From the NCBI RefSeq assembly GCF_965216145.1, contig NZ_OZ244149.1:1209663-1273662 (forward strand): a stretch of 64,000 nucleotides of DNA, given 5' to 3'. Under the pieces are notes generated by a model that saw nothing but the letters and a program-made list of their open reading frames with translations, had not been told where the DNA came from and ran no database searches. Position 1 is the first letter of the stretch; each line of letters opens with the position of its first letter. This DNA is from Candidatus Palauibacter sp. (lineage in GTDB: Bacteria; Gemmatimonadota; Gemmatimonadetes; Palauibacterales; Palauibacteraceae). A program made the translations under genes and the position numbers. Positions 34,012 through 43,332 of the stretch are shown here, one piece after another.

Positions 34012-36895
34012 CTTCGCCCTGCCCTCCGGCCGGAGAGAGGCGCTTGCCGCCCGCGGCCGGGGGGGCAACAGGTCCGGCCGAGCGGTCCAGGAGGACCGGG
34101 TCGCCGAGCCCCAGCGCCGAGAGGCGCTCCAGCTGGGTTCTCGCGTCGCCCACCACGAGCCAGATGAACCGCCCGCGGTCGAAGTACTCCGCGGCCAGCT
34201 CCCGGATGCGTTCGACCGTCATCTCCCGGACGACGGTCTCCCGGCGAAGCAGGTAGTCCGCCGGGAAACCGTAGGCGCTCATGTCCGCCAGGATCCCGAG
34301 CTTGTTCCCCAGCGTCTCGAACGCACGGGCGTTCGTCTTGAGGAGGAAGCTCCGCGTGGCCGCGAGATCTTCCTCGTCGAACCCGGGGCCGTAGCCGTCC
34401 AGGAGATCGCGGATGATCTCCAGCGACTCGTAGGTCACATTCGAGCGCACGGAAGACGAGATGAGGAACGGGCCCGGGAGCGCCGTGCCCCGGAATCCGG
34501 AGCCGACACCGTAGGTGTAACCCTTCCCCTCGCGCAGGATCTGGGTGAGGTCCGAGGCGAAGCCCCCGCCGCCCAGCCGGAAGTTCGTCACCTGAGCGGG
34601 CCAGAAGTCGGGATCGGTCTCGGAGAGCGCGAGATACCCCACCTGCAGGACGGACTGGCTGGCGTTCGGCACATCGACGAAGTAGAGGCCGGGCACCGCG
34701 GCCCGGGCAGCGGGCGCGGAGGGAAGCTCCGGGGCAGCGCCGCTCCAGCGCGTGCCGATCCCCTCCAGCGCCGTGGTCACTTCGTCCGGAGTCGCCGCAC
34801 CGGCGACGTGCGCCGCGGCCCGGGCCGGCGTCAGGACGCGCTCGTAGTAGGCCCGCACGTCGTCGAGGCCGAGGGCACCGACCCCGTCGACCGTGCCGCG
34901 GGCGTTACTGCCCAGGATGTGGTCGCCATAGAGGAGCCGCGTCATCACGTCGCCCGCGATCGCGGTCGGCGACGACGACGCCTGGCGGAGCTGGTTGCGG
35001 ACCCGGTCCCGCGCGAGTTCGAACGCCTCGGCATCGAAGCGGGGTTCGAGCAGGATTTCCTCGACCAGGGCCATCGTCTCGGGGAAGTTCCGGCTCAGGG
35101 TCGAGCCCCGGATGGTGAAGGTCTCCCGGCCCGAGGTGACCGAGATCGAGGCGCCCAGCGCGTCGATGGCCTGCTCCAGTTCCTCCGGCGTCCGGTTCGC
35201 GGTTCCCTCGGTCATGATCTCGGCGAGCAGGTTCGCCGCCCCGATACGGTCGGGGTCCTCGAGCAGGAGGCCGCCATCGAGCCGAAGTTCGAATTGCACG
35301 AGCGGCGTCTCCCGGTCCTCGATGCCCCTGGCGGAAACGCCGTTCGCCAGCGTCGCGGTCCACACGGCCGGGGCCGAGAGGCTGGGCGGCGGGCCGAACT
35401 CCGGCTCGACCGAACGGTCGATTCGCGAGGGCGTGCGCGGGATGTCGCCACGGTCGTCGATGGCGACGGGCGCCTCGGCGCCCCGCACGATGGGCTCTTC
35501 CACCACCGTTGCGAGCAGCGAGCCCTCGAGCGCGAGTTCCGGCTGGCCGCGGGGGACGAAGCTGGTCGCCACGGAAGGACGACGCGCCACATAGGTCTCG
35601 TAGACGCGGAGGACGTCCGCTTCCGTCACGTCGAGGATCCGCTCGATGTCGTCCGCGACGTAGCCGGGATCGCCGGCGAAGATGTTGTACTGCGCGAGCT
35701 GAAAGGCCTTGCCCAGGACGCTCGACAGGCCGCGGTAGAAGGAGGTCTCGTATCCGGCCTTGACCCGCTCCAGGTCGGCGGCGGAGATCCCCTCCTCCTC
35801 GAACCGGGCGAAGGCCCGCTCGACGGCCCCCTGCACCTCGTCGAGCTCGGTGTCCCGGAAGGCCCGGATCGTGAGCCGCATCTGGCCCGCCAGTTCCTGG
35901 TGGAAGGCGAACATGCTCGCCGAGGGCGCGAGCTTTTCCTCCTCCACGATCACCTCGTAGAAGGGGGCCGTCTTTCCGTCCGTGAGGAGGGTGCCGAGGA
36001 GGGTCAGCGGGTACGAATCCGGGTGATACAGCGGGACCGTCGGCCACGAGAGCGCGAGCTGGGGCAACTGGGCGAAATTGTCCTCGTGGAAGAGGCGCGT
36101 CGAGGCGTCCAGCGACACGTCAAGCGGCGTCGGGCGGTCGGGCATCGGACGGGACGGGATCTCGCCGAAGTACCGCTCGATCCACTCCCGTGCCTGCGCG
36201 ACGTCGATGTCGCCGGCCACGACGAGCGTCGCGTTGTTCGGTCCGTACCACTTCTCGTGGAAGTCCTTCGTGTCGGCGAGCGTGGCGCCGTCGAGGTCAT
36301 CGAGCGACCCGATGACCTGCCAGCGGTACGGGTGCCCTTCAGGATACGTGGCCTGGTCGATGACGAAGCTCGCGTGGCCGTACGGGCGGTTGTCCACACC
36401 CTGTCGCTTCTCGTTCTTGACGACCTGCTTCTCCTTCGCGACGACGTCTTCGGTCACCGTGTTGATGAAGAAGCCGAGCTTGTCGGCCTCCGCCCACAGC
36501 GCCTTCTCGAGGGCATCGCTCGGCACCACCTCGAAGTAGTTCGTGCGGTCGCGGCTCGTCGACCCGTTCGTCGAGCTGCCCACCCGGGTCATGAGGCGGT
36601 CGAGGCCGCCGGGGCCGAGGTTCTCGGAGTCGAGGAAGAAGAGGTGCTCGAACAGGTGCGCGAAGCCGGTCTTGCCGGGCACCTCGCGCGACGACCCGAC
36701 GTGGAAGGTCATCGCCACGGCGACCACCGGGTCGGAGCGGTCGACGTGCAGCACCACGTCCAGCCCGTTGGGAAGCTCGTACTTCTCGTAGTCGATCGTG
36801 AATCCGCCGCCGCCGGCCGCGCAGGCGGAGAGCACGACCGCCAGGGCGGGGACCAGCGGCGCGCAGTGGCGCCGGATCGGGTCGGGAACGGACAT
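34001..36895 (-). CDS. M16 (pitrilysin/insulinase) family zinc protease
   Basis: Inverted zinc motif HLFEH, NGSTS.DRTNYFE, F...WYGPNNATL; two M16 halves. Confidence 0.9.
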   Translation of the reverse strand: MSVPDPIRRHCAPLVPALAVVLSACAAGGGGFTIDYEKYELPNGLDVVLHVDRSDPVVAVAMTFHVGSSREVPGKTGFAHLFEHLFFLDSENLGPGGLDRLMTRVGSSTNGSTSRDRTNYFEVVPSDALEKALWAEADKLGFFINTVTEDVVAKEKQVVKNEKRQGVDNRPYGHASFVIDQATYPEGHPYRWQVIGSLDDLDGATLADTKDFHEKWYGPNNATLVVAGDIDVAQAREWIERYFGEIPSRPMPDRPTPLDVSLDASTRLFHEDNFAQLPQLALSWPTVPLYHPDSYPLTLLGTLLTDGKTAPFYEVIVEEEKLAPSASMFAFHQELAGQMRLTIRAFRDTELDEVQGAVERAFARFEEEGISAADLERVKAGYETSFYRGLSSVLGKAFQLAQYNIFAGDPGYVADDIERILDVTEADVLRVYETYVARRPSVATSFVPRGQPELALEGSLLATVVEEPIVRGAEAPVAIDDRGDIPRTPSRIDRSVEPEFGPPPSLSAPAVWTATLANGVSARGIEDRETPLVQFELRLDGGLLLEDPDRIGAANLLAEIMTEGTANRTPEELEQAIDALGASISVTSGRETFTIRGSTLSRNFPETMALVEEILLEPRFDAEAFELARDRVRNQLRQASSSPTAIAGDVMTRLLYGDHILGSNARGTVDGVGALGLDDVRAYYERVLTPARAAAHVAGAATPDEVTTALEGIGTRWSGAAPELPSAPAARAAVPGLYFVDVPNASQSVLQVGYLALSETDPDFWPAQVTNFRLGGGGFASDLTQILREGKGYTYGVGSGFRGTALPGPFLISSSVRSNVTYESLEIIRDLLDGYGPGFDEEDLAATRSFLLKTNARAFETLGNKLGILADMSAYGFPADYLLRRETVVREMTVERIRELAAEYFDRGRFIWLVVGDARTQLERLSALGLGDPVLLDRSAGPVAPPAAGGKRLSPAGGQGEDER

Positions 36896-37003
36896 TGGGA
36901 GATCCCTTCCTTCGGGTGAGGGGCGGGGCGGTCGCCGCCCAAATCAATGCGATCGGCGGCGTCCACGCCACCCGCGGACCATGGCGGACGACGGAGGCAC
37001 CCG

Positions 37004-38035
37004 ATGCGCACGACACAGATTCTCTCGACCGGCTTCCGGGTCCCGGATCGCGTGGTCACCAACGACGATCTCGCGTCCATCATGGACACGTCGGATGAGT
37101 GGATCCGCCAGCGGTCGGGGATCGAGGAGCGACGCTGGGTGGAGGAAGGGGAGGCCGGCTCCGATCTGGGAGCCGCGGCCGCGGCGATGGCGCTGGAGCG
37201 AGCCGGGATGAAGGCGGAGGATCTCGACTGCCTGATCGTGGCCACGCTGTCGCCCGACCACTTCTTCCCCGGCACCGGCGTCTTCCTGCAGCGCAAGCTC
37301 GGGATCCGGGACATCCCCTGTCTCGACGTCCGCAATCAGTGCACGGGGTTCCTGTACGGGCTCTCGATCGCGGACGCATGGATCCGGACGGGGCGGTACG
37401 AGCGCATCCTCCTCGTCGGCACCGAGGTCCACTCCACGGGACTGCACAGGAACGACTTCGGGCGCGACACGGCCGTCCTGTTCGGTGACGGGGCGGGGGC
37501 GGTGATTCTCAGGCCGGTCGGTCCAGCGGAGGGGGGACGCGGAGACGGCAACGGGTCGGCCCCGGAGCGGGGCATCCTGTCGGTGCACATCCACGCCGAC
37601 GGGCGGTTCGCCGAGAAGCTCTGGGTGGAGGCGCCCGCCTCGAAGTACGATCCCCTGATCTCGCACGAGCACATCGACGCGGGTCTCACCTGCCCCTCCA
37701 TGGACGGGCGGGAGGTCTTCCGCCAGGCGGTGGCCCGGATGCCGGAGTCGGTGCGCGAGGCGCTGGACGCCGAGGGGCTGTCGATCGACGAGGTCGACAT
37801 GGTGATCGCCCACCAGGCCAACCTGCGGATCTGTCAGATGGTCCAGCGGGCGCTGGGTCTCTCCGACGACCGCGTCTACAACAACATCCAGCGCTACGGG
37901 AACACGACCGCGGCGAGCCTGCCGATCGCGCTCCACGAGTGCGCGGAGGAGGGGCGGCTACGCCGCGGAGACCTGCTCTGCCTGACCGCGTTCGGGTCCG
38001 GCTTTACGTGGGGGAGCGCGCTTATCCGCTGGTAG
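37004..38035 (+). CDS. fabH: 3-oxoacyl-ACP synthase III
   Basis: Cys-His-Asn triad in QCTGF, AHQAN and GNTT; DTSDEWI..RSGI.ERR, LFGDGAGA, AFGSGFTWG. Confidence 0.92.
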   Translation: MRTTQILSTGFRVPDRVVTNDDLASIMDTSDEWIRQRSGIEERRWVEEGEAGSDLGAAAAAMALERAGMKAEDLDCLIVATLSPDHFFPGTGVFLQRKLGIRDIPCLDVRNQCTGFLYGLSIADAWIRTGRYERILLVGTEVHSTGLHRNDFGRDTAVLFGDGAGAVILRPVGPAEGGRGDGNGSAPERGILSVHIHADGRFAEKLWVEAPASKYDPLISHEHIDAGLTCPSMDGREVFRQAVARMPESVREALDAEGLSIDEVDMVIAHQANLRICQMVQRALGLSDDRVYNNIQRYGNTTAASLPIALHECAEEGRLRRGDLLCLTAFGSGFTWGSALIRW

Positions 38036-38330
38036 CGGAGCCCCGGGGTTCGCCGGTGTCGTCCCCGCCGTCTCCGCCGTGCTCCTGGTCCTCGTCGTCC
38101 GTCTGCCGCTCGACGACGATCGTGCAGTTCGTGACCAGCGCCGCGATCGCGCCGATCGCCGCCCAGGCGGGAAGCAGCAGCGTCCCCACGACGCCGAGCG
38201 CCAGAGGGACCTCGATCAACTCCTTGCCTTCTTCGTTCCGGATCGTCAGACGGCGGACGTTTCCCTCGCGGAGGATCTCCTTGATCTTCCTGACGAGGTT
38301 CGTGCCGCGGACTTCGTATTGTTCACTCAT
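38022..38330 (-). CDS. DUF4342 domain protein
   Basis: LV.KIKE..REGNVRR..I.......L.E.PL..GVVG.LL.P..AA.GA.AAL...CTI.VER signature. Confidence 0.85.
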   Translation of the reverse strand: MSEQYEVRGTNLVRKIKEILREGNVRRLTIRNEEGKELIEVPLALGVVGTLLLPAWAAIGAIAALVTNCTIVVERQTDDEDQEHGGDGGDDTGEPRGSATSG

Positions 38331-38505
38331 GAGATTCTCTTTTCGGGGGCCCGGCGTGCGCCGGCGCAGGCGGCGGCTTCGGGGCCGACCATGGTCGAGC
38401 GACGATCGCCGTTCAATGTTTTTGATCAGAGTTCGACTATCCCGTCGTACCCCGGAACCGGTCCCGGAGGTCGCGACATCGGGGATGTCGTTCGGGAGGA
38501 ACAAC

Positions 38506-39498
38506 ATGGAACATAGTCGAAGCTGGAGTCATGCGTGGCGCGGAGCGGTCGCGTTCGGCACTCTCGCCCTCATCCTCGGTGCGGCCGGGTGTGGCGGAGG
38601 GGCGGAGGGCGACGGGGCGCCGGGCGCACTTCCCGAGGGCGCCGAGGCGTTTTCGCTACTGGGCGAGCCGCTCTATCCGAACCTGGCCCCCGCCGACGTC
38701 GCGGCCCGGCAGGCGCGTGACGTCCGGCAGGCGCGGGCGGACTACGAGGCGAATCCGGACGACGCCGACGCGATCATCTGGCTGGGCCGACGCGTGGCGT
38801 ACATGGGCTCCTATCGCGAGGCGATCGAGATCTTCTCGGAGGGGATCGAGAAGCACCCGGACGACCCGCGCATGTACCGCCACCGCGGGCACCGCTGGAT
38901 CAGCGTGCGCGAGTTCGACCGCGCGATCGAGGACCTCTCGCACGCCGCCGATCTGGTCCGGGGTGTGCCGGACGAGGTCGAGCCGGACGGCCAGCCCAAC
39001 GAGCGCGGGATCCCGACGAGCACGCTGCAGTCGAACATCCACTACCACCTCGCGCTGGCCCTCTACCTGAAGGGCGATTTCGAGGCGGCGCTGGATTCGT
39101 ACGAGGCCTACATGGCCGTCACCACGAACGCCGACCAGCTGGTGGCGATCTCGCACTGGTGGTACATGGCCCTCCGCCGCCTGGGGCGGGACGCGGAAGC
39201 CGCGGCGGTGCTCGAGCCGGTGACGGCGGATCTCGATGTGATCGAGAACACGAGCTACCACCGGCTCCTCCTCATGTACAAGGGAGAACTCACCGCGGAC
39301 GACCTCTGGGATCCGGCCAGCGAGGACCCGTCGGGCGTGGCGATCGCGTACGGGGTGGCGACCTGGCACCTCTACAACGGCCGCGAGGCGCAGGCGGAGG
39401 AGATGTACCGCCGCATCCTCCAGGGTTCGGGGTGGGCCGGCTTCGGCTACGTCTCGGCCGAGGCCGAGATCGCCCGGCTCGAGGCCGGTGGCGCGTAG
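38506..39498 (+). CDS. Tetratricopeptide-repeat lipoprotein
   Basis: Lipobox AAGC; IWLGRR.AY.G..REAI, YRHRGHR.I..R.FD.A TPR-like helices; GGGAGG RBS. Confidence 0.8.
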   Translation: MEHSRSWSHAWRGAVAFGTLALILGAAGCGGGAEGDGAPGALPEGAEAFSLLGEPLYPNLAPADVAARQARDVRQARADYEANPDDADAIIWLGRRVAYMGSYREAIEIFSEGIEKHPDDPRMYRHRGHRWISVREFDRAIEDLSHAADLVRGVPDEVEPDGQPNERGIPTSTLQSNIHYHLALALYLKGDFEAALDSYEAYMAVTTNADQLVAISHWWYMALRRLGRDAEAAAVLEPVTADLDVIENTSYHRLLLMYKGELTADDLWDPASEDPSGVAIAYGVATWHLYNGREAQAEEMYRRILQGSGWAGFGYVSAEAEIARLEAGGA

Positions 39499-39513
39499 CG
39501 GCATGTGACGGCT

Positions 39514-39545
39514 CTTCCCGGCGGCCCCCCCGTTGCCGCGGGAAG
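39514..39545. terminator. Hairpin between the TPR gene and the convergent candidate ncRNA
   Basis: CTTCCCG-g-CGGC ... GCCG-CGGGAAG, 11-bp stem. Confidence 0.55.
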
Positions 39546-39551
39546 TCGCGT

Positions 39552-39699
39552 GCGGGATTACAACGTTTGGATGGCCCGGCGCGTCCCATCCCCCGAACCT
39601 GGCGGGTGGGGACACCACCTCGACCGCGGCGTGCCACGCTGACGGCGGGGCCTGTGGATTCCTCATCAAGTTCGAGCACTGGCTGGGCCTGTGACCCGC
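39552..39699 (-). ncRNA. ssrS: Candidate compact 6S-like RNA
   Basis: Minus strand: GGCCC pairs with GGGCC; CUCGAACUUG pairs fully with CAGGUUCGGG; GAUGAGGAAUCCACAGG after the 5' helix; CCCACC...GGUUC before the 3' helix; TATGCT -10 at 39701-39706. The interval carries no credible ORF. Confidence 0.55.
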
Positions 39700-39855
39700 T
39701 AGCATAGCGCCGACCGCGCGCGTGCCCTGTGGCACGCGACGGGCGCATCTTGTCCGTTCCGGTCTGTGGCCGCACGATGCGGCCCGCGACATCCATCGCC
39801 GGCGGGAGGGAGTGGCAGTGCGCGAATCGTGCGACCATGGGGTCCGCCCGGCGCC

Positions 39856-40092
39856 ATGACGGGATATCTCTTCCTGGCCCTGGCGGTCCTCGTGGCGGTA
39901 GCGGGATGGGAGGTCCGGAGGCGGCTGCGCGAGCAGACCCGCGCCGGGGTCACCGACGAGGTCGTGCGCCGCATTGAAACGCTCGGCCGTGTGGACGCCG
40001 AGGATGTGGAGCCTGTCGACCTGGAGTTGGCGAAGGCCGAGGAAGACGAGTTCTGGGCCCAGACCTGGGACGAACCTGAAGAGAACTGGTGA
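39856..40092 (+). CDS. Small single-TM protein with acidic C-terminus
   Basis: 78 aa; MTGYLFLALAVLVAVAG TM, then L.D..VRRIE..GR...E..EP.D.......E..FW.Q.WDEPE. Confidence 0.7.
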   Translation: MTGYLFLALAVLVAVAGWEVRRRLREQTRAGVTDEVVRRIETLGRVDAEDVEPVDLELAKAEEDEFWAQTWDEPEENW

Positions 40093-40109
40093 GATCGGAG
40101 AGGGATTTC

Positions 40110-41288
40110 ATGCGCCGGACCATGTTGACGCTATCGGTTGGGGCTCTCGCGACGATGGCCGCGTGGGCGGGCCCGGTCGCCGGACTGCAGGAGGTGCCGC
40201 GAGCGTCCCTGGGGGAGCCGGTCGCCGCCTACGAGGATGGCCTCGGCTCCATGCGCGGCGTGAGGGAACTCCCGGATGGCCGTGTCCTGATCGCCGACGG
40301 CTTCGGCGAGGCCCTGATCGTGTGGCGACCCGGAGCGGGCGCGGACACGCTGATGAACGTCGGACAGGGGCCGGAAGAGTATCGTCTACCCGACGGACTC
40401 TTCCCCCTGCCTGACGGCGGCACGCTGCTCATCGACCTCGGCAACGCGCGCCTCACGCGCATCGAGGCCGATCTCGGCTTCGGGGAGACGTGGCCGATCG
40501 CGCGGGGCGGCCTCGGGGCGGGGATGACGATGATGATCGCCGAGGCGACGGATCGGGACGGGCGTATCTACTACGAGGAACGCCTCGGCGGCATGATGTC
40601 CGAGTCCGACTCGGCGGCCATCATGCGTTTCGACCCGGCGAGCGGGGAGACGGCGGAGGTCGGGCGGATCAGGCTGGGCGAGCAGGAGCGCCGGGAGTCC
40701 GGGGACGCGAACAACAGGAACGTCAGCATCCGGCCGGTGCCGTTCTCCGCGGAGGACGCATGGAGCGTCGCTTGGGACGGCCGCGTCGCGATCGCCCGCG
40801 CCGACGAGTACCGCCTGGAATGGAACGCCCCGGACGGAACGACGACGACCGGCGGCGCGGTGCCCCACGAGCCGGTGCGGATTCGAGGTGCCGATCAGGA
40901 TGAGTGGCTCGCCTCCCTCGGGGGCGGCTTGCGAGTCGAAGTGGAGTCCGATGGCGGCGCGCCTCGCATGTCCATGAGCCGGGCCCCCTCGGGAGCCGGC
41001 GATGCGAGCCCGCGCGATTTCGAGTGGCCCCCGGTCAAGCCGGCCTTCGCCCCGAACGGCGTCCTCACGGACCCCGGAGGCCGCGCCTGGGTGCGGCGTC
41101 ATGTGGCGGCGGGAGCGCCGGCGCTGTTCGATGTGTTCGACGCCCGGGGTCAGAGGATCGCCGAGGTGGAACTGCCGGAGGACCGGAACCTCGTCGCATT
41201 CGGGGAGGACAGCGCCTATCTGACCCGGAGCGACGAGTTCGAGTTCGCCTGGCTGGAGAAGTACGCGGCGCCCGCCGTCGGCGGTTAG
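40110..41288 (+). CDS. Secreted six-bladed beta-propeller-like protein
   Basis: Signal peptide; VRELPDGRVLIAD, G.GPEEY..P, F...D.W....DGRVA, G..WV.R and FDVFD..G motifs. Confidence 0.75.
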   Translation: MRRTMLTLSVGALATMAAWAGPVAGLQEVPRASLGEPVAAYEDGLGSMRGVRELPDGRVLIADGFGEALIVWRPGAGADTLMNVGQGPEEYRLPDGLFPLPDGGTLLIDLGNARLTRIEADLGFGETWPIARGGLGAGMTMMIAEATDRDGRIYYEERLGGMMSESDSAAIMRFDPASGETAEVGRIRLGEQERRESGDANNRNVSIRPVPFSAEDAWSVAWDGRVAIARADEYRLEWNAPDGTTTTGGAVPHEPVRIRGADQDEWLASLGGGLRVEVESDGGAPRMSMSRAPSGAGDASPRDFEWPPVKPAFAPNGVLTDPGGRAWVRRHVAAGAPALFDVFDARGQRIAEVELPEDRNLVAFGEDSAYLTRSDEFEFAWLEKYAAPAVGG

Positions 41289-41289
41289 C

Positions 41290-42507
41290 TCACCGCGGCT
41301 GGCGGACCAGGTCCGGATCTAGAGAACGGGGGGGCGAAACGACGACCGCCCCGGCCGCCGCGTCGAAACTCGGGGCCGCGCGCCACACATCGGTGTCGGG
41401 CTGGAACGCGGCCCACGCGAACCAGAACGCGTGATACGCGTCGGGATGCGGCTCGAGCCTCTCACCCTCCAGGGGGCCGGTGACAGCCCGCCCATTGAAG
41501 TTCCAGATGCTCCCGGTCTCCACATCCTGCCGCCGACCCTCCATGACCTCGAAGGTGAGCGTGCGGCCGGCGGCCCGGGCCCGGTAGACCCGCGCGCTCC
41601 GGGCCTGCGTGTTCCAGAACGCGACCACGGGTTCTCCGCCAGCCATGCCGCTGGCCGCCCACACCGAGGTTCCCGCCGACCCGGGTTGGTCGTTGACGGC
41701 GGCTGCCCGCAGGTCGGCGAGCGGAAACGCGATGCCGCCACTGCCGGCCGGCACGCCGATCACGGTTTCCTTCGGCAGCCGGCGTCGGTCGATCGGAGCC
41801 GCGGTCGGATAGGGGAGCCAGGCGTTGCTCGGGGTCCGGTAGTTTCCGTACGGGTAGAGCGTGTACAGGAAGTCGTGCCCGGTGTTTCGCGAAACGATCC
41901 ACGTGTCCAGGTAGATCAGGAGCCACGTCCCGTACGTCATCAACTCATACGGCACGCGCGTCAGGCGAGTCCCGTCCCGCGGCCCGCAGGTCGCCGATGG
42001 GGCGAGCTGCGGATAGAACGTACCCGACCTGTCTTCCATCACGAGGTTGTTGTCGAGGACGTAGATCGACACCCGGAAATCGGATGCCCCGCTCGGTTCG
42101 GGGTTGAAGACGCCGACCGATCCGGTGAGCGGCGAGTAGGTGATCGTGAGCCGTTCGCCCGGCACGCTGAAGTTGAGCACCTCGTGATACCAGAGGAGCT
42201 TGAGGGGAATCGCCAGCGGCTGGCCGTTGAAGTGGAGTGCGATCACCTGGTCGCTGCGACTGACGTAACCCACCTCGGGCGCGATGAGTCGCCTGGCGAC
42301 TTCGGGGTTGTCGAGGGCGGGGATGCTCGAACGGTCGCTGCCGCCGTCGGTAAGGCTCTCCAGCGGCAGGGTACAGGTCGCGAGCGACAAGTCCGGTCCC
42401 ATGGTTTCGCCCGAACAGGCGGGGAACGCCGCCGCGAACAGTACGACAATGGCGGGGGCGGCGCGGCGCCCGGGGCGCGTGCCGGTATCGATCTTCCCGG
42501 TTCTCAT
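41290..42507 (-). CDS. DUF3179 domain lipoprotein
   Basis: SIPALDNP, A.P...L.YHE..N, TYSPLTGS, NNLVM.DR, DVETGS.WN..G.A..GPL.G..L, FWFAW.AF.P.T. Confidence 0.85.
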   Translation of the reverse strand: MRTGKIDTGTRPGRRAAPAIVVLFAAAFPACSGETMGPDLSLATCTLPLESLTDGGSDRSSIPALDNPEVARRLIAPEVGYVSRSDQVIALHFNGQPLAIPLKLLWYHEVLNFSVPGERLTITYSPLTGSVGVFNPEPSGASDFRVSIYVLDNNLVMEDRSGTFYPQLAPSATCGPRDGTRLTRVPYELMTYGTWLLIYLDTWIVSRNTGHDFLYTLYPYGNYRTPSNAWLPYPTAAPIDRRRLPKETVIGVPAGSGGIAFPLADLRAAAVNDQPGSAGTSVWAASGMAGGEPVVAFWNTQARSARVYRARAAGRTLTFEVMEGRRQDVETGSIWNFNGRAVTGPLEGERLEPHPDAYHAFWFAWAAFQPDTDVWRAAPSFDAAAGAVVVSPPRSLDPDLVRQPR

Positions 42508-42595
42508 CGGGGCCTCCCGAAGGATCGTCCCGCAATGCCCTCCGACGCAGGTCGCGTCCGCCGGGCTTTCCGCTCCGGAAGAGCCGGTGAGGCCG

Positions 42596-42745
42596 CTAGA
42601 TGAACAGGGTCTCGTTCTCGCGATCGAATCCCTGAGTGTCGGCCTTCTGTGTCCGCAAGCCCTTTCGGCCCGCCTGATGGCGCTGGCCGATCACGATCAT
42701 CGCGATACTCGCGACGAGCGCCAACACGATTCTCACCGTCTTCAT
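42596..42745 (-). CDS. 49-aa small protein (N-terminal TM or signal), below the ORF-track cutoff
   Basis: GGGAGGGAAACGCC-ATG; MKTVRIVLALVASIAMIVIGQRHQAGRKGLRTQKADTQGFDRENETLFI, TAG stop. Confidence 0.65.
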   Translation of the reverse strand: MKTVRIVLALVASIAMIVIGQRHQAGRKGLRTQKADTQGFDRENETLFI

Positions 42746-42831
42746 GGCGTTTCCCTCCCTGCTTTCTTCCCCTCACCACACGGCACGCCGAAGCCGAGCA
42801 CGGATTGTAACTCGAAATATAGCGTCTCCCA

Positions 42832-43332
42832 TCAAAATAACGAATCCGGCCGTGCGGCAGTGACACCGCCCGGCGAGCCTGGGGCGATCAGCCAGCGGTT
42901 GAGGCTTCCACGCTGCAGGGCGAGATCTCCGTCTTCGAGGAGGATTCCGCCCGAATCCCGCGCCTCGAATCGGACCATATCCGCGCGCACGCGGATGTCC
43001 ACGCGGACGGAATCGCGGGGTGGGACCGTATCGAGTGGGACGCTTCCGGCTCCGGCGGCGACGAATACGAAGGCGGAAACGTCCAGTGAATTGACGAGGA
43101 GGAGTTGATGGATACGGGGCGACCCCTCGCCGGGCAGCAACCCGCCCGGGGCTGCGACTTCCGCCGAGGGGGGAGGGGACGGGCCGCCGGTGGGGGGCAC
43201 GGAATCCCCGGGTATCGGATCCCCATCCCTTCCCGGACGCGCGGCCTCGGGGGCGTCGCCACGAGGTCCGCACGCGGTGAGCCCGCTCGCCGTGAGGCCC
43301 AGCAGGAGCAGCACCGCCTCCCGCCCGCTCAC
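42832..43332 (-). CDS. Hypothetical lipoprotein
   Basis: Lipobox LTAC, Pro-rich linker, beta-rich C-domain; GTGA overlap with the glpD stop. Confidence 0.65.
   Translation of the reverse strand: MSGREAVLLLLGLTASGLTACGPRGDAPEAARPGRDGDPIPGDSVPPTGGPSPPPSAEVAAPGGLLPGEGSPRIHQLLLVNSLDVSAFVFVAAGAGSVPLDTVPPRDSVRVDIRVRADMVRFEARDSGGILLEDGDLALQRGSLNRWLIAPGSPGGVTAARPDSLF

Noticed and set aside
39552-39699. tRNA, tRNA-Sec, SRP RNA or riboswitch identity for the structured RNA
   Set aside because: No TΨC arm with acceptor stem or CCA, no SRP GNRA/GGAAGGAAGCAG domain IV, and no downstream gene on that strand for a riboswitch to control.
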